From the NCBI GenBank assembly GCA_963674595.2, contig CAXXFV010000034.1, positions 1-11,590 on the forward strand: a DNA stretch of 11,590 bases, given 5' to 3'. This stretch comes from a bacterium. GTDB taxonomy: Bacteria; Zhuqueibacterota; Zhuqueibacteria; Residuimicrobiales; Krinioviventaceae. The position numbers were made by a program, and so were the translations under genes. Shown in pieces: positions 1-7,347 of the stretch. The notes beneath the pieces were generated by a model. It did not search any database, was not told where the DNA came from, and saw only the letters and a list, made by a program, of their open reading frames with translations. Each line of letters opens with the position of its first letter. Within the stretch, counting starts at the first letter, position 1.

Positions 1-23
1 GAAGATTATTTAATGTAAATTAT

Positions 24-47
24 AAGGCGACCTTGGTCGCCTTTTTT
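24..47 (+). terminator. Rho-independent terminator of the upstream (out-of-window) transcription unit
   Basis: AAGGCGAC-CTTG-GTCGCC-TTTTTT: GC-rich stem GGCGAC/GTCGCC (26-31/36-41), 4-nt loop, then a T6 tract (42-47). Confidence 0.88.
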
Positions 48-105
48 ATTTTATATCCTATAAATCAATTTACCAAATAAATTTCCATAAAAACAAAGAA
101 ACAGT

Positions 106-134
106 TTGCTTTATTGAAAACATATTATTACTAT
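106..134 (+). promoter_or_regulatory. Putative sigma70-type promoter for the hyp operon
   Basis: TTGCTT (106-111), 17-nt spacer, TACTAT (129-134), lying between the terminator and the hypF start. The AT-rich context raises the chance of a spurious match. Confidence 0.5.
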
Positions 135-174
135 TTTCTTTATCAACATTCTGATGACGTGAATAGTAGGGACG

Positions 175-2460
175 ATGGATACTTTAAGATATAAAATCAA
201 AATAAACGGAATTGTTCAGGGTGTTGGATTTCGTCCGTTTGTTTTCAGGCTGGCACATGAAAATAACTTGACCGGTTTTGTCAATAACAGCAAAGATGGT
301 GTTGTTGTTGAAATTGAAGGAAGCTCTGAAAATATAACAAATTTTCAAACAAAACTTTTTTCCCAAACTCCTTCACAAGCTTCCATTCTTGATCTGTCAA
401 AAAAACAAATGCCCCCCCAGGGCGATAAAAAGTTTATTATAAAAAAAAGTTCAACCCATGAAAAACCGGATGTTTTTATAAGTCCTGATATTGCGATTTG
501 TGATGACTGTTTATCCGATACATTTGATCCAAAAAATCGTCGTTATTTATATCCATTTACAAATTGTACGAACTGCGGACCGCGCTATACCATCCTTACA
601 CAAAGCCCCTATGACCGACCCAATACATCCATGCAGCCTTTTCAATTATGTAAAAAATGCTTGGAAGAGTATAACAATCCCTATGACAGACGATTTCATG
701 CTCAACCAAATGCCTGTTCCAAATGTGGTCCAACTCTTTATTTAAAAACAGATAATAAAATAATAAGCAAAGATGTAATAAAAAAAACAAGTGAATTACT
801 ATTAAAAGGCAAAATTGGAGCCATTCAAGGAATTGGCGGGTTCCATTTAGCGGTAGATGCAAAAAATGATAAAGCGGTTAGCGACCTACGTAAACGAAAA
901 GGACGTTCTCATAAACCTTTTGCTTTAATGGCAAAAAATATTGAAATAATTTGCAAATATTGCAATCCATCAGAAACCGAAATAAAGTTGTTAAAAAATC
1001 CGATACACCCTATTTGTTTATTACATAAAAAAAACTCTCAAGGTATATCCGATGCTATAGCACCCCGAAACAACTATTTAGGATTTATGCTGCCCTATAC
1101 GCCTCTGCATTATTTACTCTTTGAATACGGCTGTGAAATTTTGGTAATGACAAGTGGTAACTATAGTGAAGAGCCGATTGCCATCACAGTTGATGATGTA
1201 GAAAAGCGATTGAATACTATATATGATTTTATATTATATCACGACCGGAAAATTTATCAACGGTGCGACGACTCTATCGTTAAACTTTTAAACAACAATC
1301 CCGTTGTTATCCGGCGTTCACGTGGTTTTGTTCCGCACCCTGTTCAATTAAAAGACAATATGGTTACAGAAATATTGGCATGCGGTGCAGAGCTAAAAAA
1401 CACGTTTGCTTTGTCGCGACAAAACTTTGTCTTTTTTAGCCAGCATATCGGTAATTTGGATAACCCTGTAACATTTGACTTTTATGATCAAAGCATAAGC
1501 CATTTATCCCGGTTGCTGGATATTAAACCCCAAATAATAGCCCATGATTTACACCCGGAATATTTATCCACCAAATGGGCACACAAGCAAAAAAATATTC
1601 GAAAAATCGGCATACAACATCACCATGCACATTTTGCTTCAGTATTAGCAGAACATAATATTACAGAACCTGTTATTGGCCTCATCCTCGATGGAACAGG
1701 GTACGGGTTGGATGGCTCAATATGGGGTGGCGAAATTTTTATCGGAAACCTGAAAAAAATGGATCGTATTGCCTGGCTGGAACCTGTTTTAATGCCGGGG
1801 GGCACACAAGCTGTGCAAGAACCCTGGCGTATGGCAGTTAGCTATCTTTATCATACTTTTGGAAATGACTTGAAAAAACTTGACATTCCATTTTTAAAAA
1901 CAAGCACCAACAATATTGATTTTATTTTACAACTTTTGGACAAAAAAATAAACTGTCCAGCGACTTCCAGTTGCGGTAGATTATTTGATGCTGTTTCATC
2001 AATACTTGGGATTTGTCATATAAATACTTTTGAAGCCCAGGCTGCTATAGAGTTGGAAATGGCTTGTGAAATGAATGATGAAAACCGTTATATAAATATA
2101 TTTAATGACACACCCGTTTCGGGCCAACTATCTGTAAAACCATTAATAAAAGCAATTGTAAATGATATTCAGGAAAAAACAAAAACATCAAAAATAGCCG
2201 TAAAATTTCACCTTTCTCTGGCTGATCTTTTTATACAAACAATCCAAACAATATCAAAACAGACAAAGATAAACAAAGTCGCTTTAAGCGGAGGCGTTTT
2301 TCAAAACAAAATATTTTTTACATATCTTGCAAATAAGCTAAAAAAAAGCCATATTATAGTATATTCTAACCAAATCATACCTGCAAATGATGGCGGTATT
2401 GCACTCGGACAATTGGCTCTGGCAAACGCGATTTTAAAATCAGAGCAAGTACCACGGTGA
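175..2460 (+). CDS. hypF: Carbamoyltransferase HypF ([NiFe]-hydrogenase maturation)
   Basis: 761 aa. Acylphosphatase motif GIVQGVGFRPF; zinc fingers CDDC..CTNCGPRY and CKKC..RRFHAQPNACSKCGP; YrdC-like RKGRSHKPFALM and VMTSGN; Kae1-like HDLHPEYLST, QHHHAH, LDGTGYG, LSGGVFQN, PANDGG. AGGGA RBS-like site just upstream. Confidence 0.98.
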   Translation: MDTLRYKIKINGIVQGVGFRPFVFRLAHENNLTGFVNNSKDGVVVEIEGSSENITNFQTKLFSQTPSQASILDLSKKQMPPQGDKKFIIKKSSTHEKPDVFISPDIAICDDCLSDTFDPKNRRYLYPFTNCTNCGPRYTILTQSPYDRPNTSMQPFQLCKKCLEEYNNPYDRRFHAQPNACSKCGPTLYLKTDNKIISKDVIKKTSELLLKGKIGAIQGIGGFHLAVDAKNDKAVSDLRKRKGRSHKPFALMAKNIEIICKYCNPSETEIKLLKNPIHPICLLHKKNSQGISDAIAPRNNYLGFMLPYTPLHYLLFEYGCEILVMTSGNYSEEPIAITVDDVEKRLNTIYDFILYHDRKIYQRCDDSIVKLLNNNPVVIRRSRGFVPHPVQLKDNMVTEILACGAELKNTFALSRQNFVFFSQHIGNLDNPVTFDFYDQSISHLSRLLDIKPQIIAHDLHPEYLSTKWAHKQKNIRKIGIQHHHAHFASVLAEHNITEPVIGLILDGTGYGLDGSIWGGEIFIGNLKKMDRIAWLEPVLMPGGTQAVQEPWRMAVSYLYHTFGNDLKKLDIPFLKTSTNNIDFILQLLDKKINCPATSSCGRLFDAVSSILGICHINTFEAQAAIELEMACEMNDENRYINIFNDTPVSGQLSVKPLIKAIVNDIQEKTKTSKIAVKFHLSLADLFIQTIQTISKQTKINKVALSGGVFQNKIFFTYLANKLKKSHIIVYSNQIIPANDGGIALGQLALANAILKSEQVPR

Positions 2461-2477
2461 CGAAGGGAAACAGGGAC

Positions 2478-4406
2478 ATGCCCAAAATACTGATTATTGA
2501 TGATGACACAAAATTATTAGAAACCACAAAAATACTTGTAATAAATTTTATATCAGGCTGTAATGTTCTAACGGCAACAGATGGAAATACCGGCTATGAA
2601 ATAGCTGTCACAGAACAGCCGGATGTCATTTTATTAGACCTTGAACTACCTGTTATTGATGGTTTTCAAACATGCCAAAATATAAAAAATAATGATAAAA
2701 CAAAACACATACCCGTACTGATGTTGACAGGGGTTAAAATTTCTTCAGAACATCGAATTCGTGGTCTGGAATCCGGCGCTGATGTCTTTCTTACAAAACC
2801 AATTCATAAAGATGAACTCCTGGCCCAAATAAATGTGGCCTTGAGAATAAAAAACGTGGAAGACCAGTTACGAAATAAAAATAAAGAACTTGAACACCTC
2901 ATAAAACAACGTACTCAATCATTACAAAAAACTGAATTATACTATCACACATTGGTTGAAGCTTCTCAGGACGGTATTTTCCTTTTTGACCTGGATGGAA
3001 TAATTCTGGATTGTAACACACGCGCCTGTGATTTGGTCGGTACATCAAAAGAAAAGCTAGTCAGTACATCCATTTTAGATACCATAACTGATGATGCTAT
3101 ACAAAATATTTTACAGCTAAAAGATAAAGCTTTAAATAACGAAACATTTCTTGAAACATTAGCAAGAGATAAAAATGGAATAGAATTTCCGGTTGAAGTC
3201 AGCACAAGATTTATCAGAGTCAATGGGGACAAAACAATTGTTGCATATATACGGGATATTACAGAAAGAAAACGGGCCGAAAACATTCAGCAAGTTATTT
3301 TTGAAATTAGCGACGCGGCAAATACAAGTCAAACTATGAAAGAGTTATTTGAACGTATTCAAGCCATATTACATACCGTTATTGATACGACAAACTTTTA
3401 CATTTGTCTCTATAATAAAAAAGATGACACTTTATTGCTTCCATACTTTATCGATGACAATGATGATTATAAAGCATTACCGGCAGGTAAAACATTAACA
3501 AAATATATTATAACCAATAACACACCATTATTGGCAAGTGAAAGCACCGTTGAAGACTTGATCAAACAGGGTGAAATCGAGGATTATGGCACACCATCAA
3601 AAATATGGATGGGAGTGCCCTTAAAAAGTAATAAAGTAATTGGTGCCATTGTCGTTCAAAGTTATACGGATCCAAACCTGTATACTGAAGAACATTTGGA
3701 AATATTAAAATTTGTTTCTGACCAAATTGCCCTGGCCATTGAACGTAAAGAAGCAGAAAACCAGATTAAAGCGTCATTAAAAGAAAAAGAAGTTCTGTTA
3801 AAAGAGATCCATCACAGGGTAAAAAACAATCTGCAAATAGTTTCCAGTTTATTACATTTTCAAACAAAACGTATCAAAGACCCGAATGCCCTGGAATTGA
3901 TAAAAATCAGTCAAAATCGCATTCGTGTTATGGCACTTGTGCATGAAAGTTTGTATTATACAAACGACCTTTCGCATATTGATTTTGGCAAGTATATTAA
4001 AAAATTAACATCCCACCTTTTTAAAACATTTGATGAAAACACAAAATCCATCAACATGAATGTTAAAGCTGAAAATATTTTTCTAAGTATTGAAATAGCC
4101 ATTCCTTGCGCCTTAATTGTTAACGAACTGGTTACAAACTCTGTAAAATATGCCTTTAAAAATCAATCAAAACGAAAAATTGACGTCATCGTGAACTTGT
4201 TGTCCCAAAAGTCTGAAGAACAGGATCAATACCAGCTTATCGTTCAGGATAATGGAATTGGCATACCTGAAGACACAATTGAAGGAAAAACCCAATCTTT
4301 TGGAATGAAGTTGGTATCAAACCTTTGTGCACAACTGGATGGCGAATTAAAAATATGCAGTGAAAAGGGTACAAAAATATGCATCACTTTTCCTGTCGAT
4401 AGATAA
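2478..4406 (+). CDS. Hybrid sensor histidine kinase, REC-PAS-GAF-HisKA_2-HATPase_c (cytoplasmic)
   Basis: N-terminal receiver (KILIIDDD, DVILLDLELP phospho-Asp, MLTG, FLTKP); coiled linker; PAS/PAC (LVEASQDGIFLFD...FPVEVS...IRDITERK); GAF (..WMGVPLKSNKVIGAIVVQSY..); HisKA_2 H-box LLKEIHHRVKNNLQIVSSLL; N box NELVTNSVKYAF, G1 DNGIGIP, G2 SFGMKLV. No TM helix seen. ATG at 2478 (GAAGGGA upstream, REC begins immediately) is preferred over the track's GTG at 2457. Confidence 0.93.
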   Translation: MPKILIIDDDTKLLETTKILVINFISGCNVLTATDGNTGYEIAVTEQPDVILLDLELPVIDGFQTCQNIKNNDKTKHIPVLMLTGVKISSEHRIRGLESGADVFLTKPIHKDELLAQINVALRIKNVEDQLRNKNKELEHLIKQRTQSLQKTELYYHTLVEASQDGIFLFDLDGIILDCNTRACDLVGTSKEKLVSTSILDTITDDAIQNILQLKDKALNNETFLETLARDKNGIEFPVEVSTRFIRVNGDKTIVAYIRDITERKRAENIQQVIFEISDAANTSQTMKELFERIQAILHTVIDTTNFYICLYNKKDDTLLLPYFIDDNDDYKALPAGKTLTKYIITNNTPLLASESTVEDLIKQGEIEDYGTPSKIWMGVPLKSNKVIGAIVVQSYTDPNLYTEEHLEILKFVSDQIALAIERKEAENQIKASLKEKEVLLKEIHHRVKNNLQIVSSLLHFQTKRIKDPNALELIKISQNRIRVMALVHESLYYTNDLSHIDFGKYIKKLTSHLFKTFDENTKSINMNVKAENIFLSIEIAIPCALIVNELVTNSVKYAFKNQSKRKIDVIVNLLSQKSEEQDQYQLIVQDNGIGIPEDTIEGKTQSFGMKLVSNLCAQLDGELKICSEKGTKICITFPVDR

Positions 4407-4417
4407 CGAGGTATTTT

Positions 4418-4672
4418 ATGTGTTTGGCTATTCCCGGCAAAGTACTCAAAATATATATTGAAAATAACCTCAAAATGGGTCTTGTTGATTTTTCAGGCAT
4501 TCAACAAACCGTTTGTCTGGAATGTCTTCCTGATATAAAAAATGGACAGTATGCACTGGTCCATGCGGGGTTTGCCATAAGTATTGTTGATGAAAAAGAG
4601 GCACTAAAATCATACGAATTATGGAAAGCTGTTGGAGATAAAACCGCTCACAATTTAGACTTTGAAAACTAG
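4418..4672 (+). CDS. hypC: Hydrogenase maturation chaperone HypC/HybG/HupF family
   Basis: 84 aa starting MCLAIPGKV (invariant Cys2) and containing YALVHAGFAI. GAGGT RBS at 4409-4413. Confidence 0.97.
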   Translation: MCLAIPGKVLKIYIENNLKMGLVDFSGIQQTVCLECLPDIKNGQYALVHAGFAISIVDEKEALKSYELWKAVGDKTAHNLDFEN

Positions 4673-4680
4673 AGTAAATA

Positions 4681-5763
4681 ATGAAGTATTTGGACGAATT
4701 TCGGGACCCGGTTGTCGCGAAAAACATCCTCTCCAAAATCAACAACATCATTACAAAACCTTACCGCATTATGGAAATCTGCGGCGGGCAGACACATTCC
4801 ATTATAAGAAATGGTATTGACAAACTTTTGCCAAATCAGATTGACCTTGTACATGGTCCCGGATGCCCGGTATGTGTTACCCCTCTTGAATTGATTGACA
4901 AAGCCATTTATATCGCCTCGCAACCGGATGTTATTTTTACTTCTTTTGGGGACATGCTTCGGGTCCCCGGTTCAGAAACGGACCTGTTTCATTGCAAATC
5001 TCAGGGTGGAGATGTACGCATTGTCTATTCACCATTGGATGCCCTGAAAATTGCTAAAGACAATCCGCATAAAAAAGTCGTGTTTTTTGCCATCGGTTTT
5101 GAAACAACAGCGCCCAATTCAGCCACAGTTGTTTTACAGGCATTTCAACAGCACATAAAAAACCTGTCCTTTCTGGTTTCCCATGTTCTTGTCCCTCCTG
5201 CTATTCAGGCTTTACTAACCAATACTCAACATCAAATTCAGGGCTTTCTCGCAGCAGGTCATGTTTGTGCTGTTACGGGTTGGAAACTTTATGAACCCAT
5301 TGCAGAAAAATTTAACGTCCCCATTATCGTCACCGGTTTTGAGCCTGTTGATATTTTGGCCGGAATTTATAATGTTATTAATCAGCTTGAACAGAATAAA
5401 GCACACGTTGACAATCAATATGCGCGTGTTGTTTTACCGGAGGGCAACCTGGCCGCACAAAAAGTAATCGAACGTGTTTATAAAACTGTTGACCGTAACT
5501 GGCGCGGTATCGGCACGATTCCCCAAAGCGGTTATTCCCTGCGAAAAGATTTTGCGGAATATGATGCGGAACGTGTCTTCCCTGTTGAATCCATATCTGT
5601 CAAAGAATCAAAAAACTGTATTAGCGGTGAAATTTTACAGGGGATTAAAAAGCCTGTTGAATGTCCTGAATTTAGAATTAACTGCACACCTCAACATCCC
5701 CTGGGAGCGACAATGGTCTCTTCTGAAGGGGCTTGTGCAGCATACTATAAATATCAACGATAA
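4681..5763 (+). CDS. hypD: Hydrogenase maturation protein HypD (Fe(CN)2CO scaffold)
   Basis: 360 aa. [37 protein letters not shown], and C-terminal [4Fe-4S] motif C-x14-C-x6-C-x16-C ending [12 protein letters not shown]. Confidence 0.98.
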   Translation: MKYLDEFRDPVVAKNILSKINNIITKPYRIMEICGGQTHSIIRNGIDKLLPNQIDLVHGPGCPVCVTPLELIDKAIYIASQPDVIFTSFGDMLRVPGSETDLFHCKSQGGDVRIVYSPLDALKIAKDNPHKKVVFFAIGFETTAPNSATVVLQAFQQHIKNLSFLVSHVLVPPAIQALLTNTQHQIQGFLAAGHVCAVTGWKLYEPIAEKFNVPIIVTGFEPVDILAGIYNVINQLEQNKAHVDNQYARVVLPEGNLAAQKVIERVYKTVDRNWRGIGTIPQSGYSLRKDFAEYDAERVFPVESISVKESKNCISGEILQGIKKPVECPEFRINCTPQHPLGATMVSSEGACAAYYKYQR

Positions 5764-5775
5764 GCCGGGTGTTCT

Positions 5776-6840
5776 ATGCATGAAAAAGAAGAACAATTTC
5801 AATTTGGCAGTTGCCCAATACCGCTAAATCAACATGAAACAATTCAACTGGCTCATGGCAGCGGCGGTCAACTGATGAATGATTTGATACATGATGTTTT
5901 TATAAATTCATTTAAAAATCCGATTCTTGAAAATGTCGAAGATCAGGCTACGCTAAACATCTCGGGGAGACGTTTAACGTTTTCTACAGATACGTTTGTC
6001 ATTGATCCCATCTTTTTCCCCGGTGGTAATATCGGAGAGCTGGCTGTTAACGGAACGGTAAATGATGTCTGCATGTCCGGTGCAACGCCGTTGTTTCTAA
6101 GTACCGGAATGATTTTGGAAGAAGGTTTTTCAATTTCAGATTTGAAAAAAATCGTAGACTCTATGGCCAAAACAGCCGATAAATGCGGTGTAAAAATAGT
6201 AACAGGAGACACCAAAGTTGTCAATCGCGGTAAAGGAGACAAAATTTATATTAACACGTCCGGGATCGGTTTAATTGAACATTCCTATGATATCGGCATG
6301 CACAGCATAAAACCGGGGGATAAAATAATCGTCAGCGGAACACTAGCCGACCACGGCATCGCCGTTTTATCAAAAAGAGAGGGTTTAACATTTCAAACAG
6401 AAATTAAAAGCGATACGGCTGCCTTGAATACGCTCGTACAAAAAATAATAGAAACAGGAAAAGAATCCGTCCATTCCATGCGTGACCTTACTCGCGGCGG
6501 ATTGGCTTCAGCGTTAAATGAATTTAGTCAGAAAATAAATCTTGAATTTCAGCTTGACGAAGAAATGATTCCCCTAAAACCGGCTGTAAAAGGCGCCTGC
6601 GAATTATTAGGTCTCGATCCTTTGCAGCTTGCCAACGAAGGCAAAATGGTTGTCATCGCAGCTCAAGACGACGCTGATAAAATTTTAACTGCCATTAAGC
6701 AAAATCCCCTGGGAAAAGACGCGGCTATTATCGGAACGGTTGGTGAAAATCAAAAATCCCGTGTTATTATCAGGACCCCCATTGGCGGCTGGCGTTTTTT
6801 GGATATGCTGGTCGGTGAACCTCTGCCAAGGATCTGTTAA
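5776..6840 (+). CDS. hypE: Carbamoyl dehydratase HypE
   Basis: 354 aa PurM-like protein. LAHGSGG, FFPGGNIG, NGTVND, IVTGDTKVV, RDLTRGG, ANEGK, and the catalytic C-terminal PRIC. Confidence 0.98.
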   Translation: MHEKEEQFQFGSCPIPLNQHETIQLAHGSGGQLMNDLIHDVFINSFKNPILENVEDQATLNISGRRLTFSTDTFVIDPIFFPGGNIGELAVNGTVNDVCMSGATPLFLSTGMILEEGFSISDLKKIVDSMAKTADKCGVKIVTGDTKVVNRGKGDKIYINTSGIGLIEHSYDIGMHSIKPGDKIIVSGTLADHGIAVLSKREGLTFQTEIKSDTAALNTLVQKIIETGKESVHSMRDLTRGGLASALNEFSQKINLEFQLDEEMIPLKPAVKGACELLGLDPLQLANEGKMVVIAAQDDADKILTAIKQNPLGKDAAIIGTVGENQKSRVIIRTPIGGWRFLDMLVGEPLPRIC

Positions 6841-6852
6841 ACAAAAGCTTTT

Positions 6853-7347
6853 TTATTCATCCTGATCAAACCTGATTTTATTTAATATTTCAGCCACCTG
6901 AAGAGGCGTCATGTTGCTATAAACTCTGTCATTAATTGTTACAACAGGGGCCATGGCACAAACTCCCAAACACCGGCTGTTTTCAAGGGAAAACAATCCA
7001 TCGGAAGTCGTTTCTCCCAAATCAATTCCCAATTCTGTTTTAAATGCTTCCAACACTTTATCAGCACCTTTAACAAAACAGGCGGTTCCCAAACAAATCG
7101 AAATGGAATGTTTTCCACGGGGCTGTAAACGGAAAAAATGATAAAAAGTTGCCACACCGCTGACAGTTGAAGTGGGCACCTGCATTAGCTGAGCAACTTC
7201 ATCCATGTGTTCTTTGGACAGGTAACCATAAGTCTGTTGTACTTTATGAAGGACGGAAATAAGATAACTTTCAAAGTGCTCATTCTCTTTGCATTTTTTA
7301 ATATAGTCTACAATTGATTTTTCTAATGTTAAATTATCCAATTTCAT
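6853..7347 (-). CDS. hydC: NuoE-like [2Fe-2S] subunit of multimeric [FeFe]-hydrogenase (HydC/HndA)
   Basis: 164 aa. LISVLHKVQQTYGYL, GVATFY, CLGTAC...CLGVC four-Cys thioredoxin-like [2Fe-2S] motif. Start overlaps the hydA stop by 1 nt (TAATG at 7347). Confidence 0.95.
   Translation of the reverse strand: MKLDNLTLEKSIVDYIKKCKENEHFESYLISVLHKVQQTYGYLSKEHMDEVAQLMQVPTSTVSGVATFYHFFRLQPRGKHSISICLGTACFVKGADKVLEAFKTELGIDLGETTSDGLFSLENSRCLGVCAMAPVVTINDRVYSNMTPLQVAEILNKIRFDQDE

Noticed and set aside
1-18. Possible 3' end of the upstream gene (frame 1 EDYLM*, or frame 2 KII*)
   Set aside because: Plausible given the following terminator, but too short to fix the frame or identity.
2457-2477. GTG start of the kinase given by the ORF track
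   Set aside because: ATG 2478 has a better placed purine-rich RBS and starts exactly at the receiver domain. The GTG start is not fully excluded.
184-6242. Short alternative-frame and antisense ORFs within the hyp/kinase genes (e.g. 491-745, 596-862, 2966-3286, 4470-4751, 5474-5827, 5943-6242)
   Set aside because: They lie almost entirely over well-supported genes and show no recognisable motifs, so they are treated as shadow ORFs.
6843-6854. AAAAGCTTTT(TT) as a bidirectional terminator
   Set aside because: No loop and no GC stem, so it cannot form a stable hairpin.
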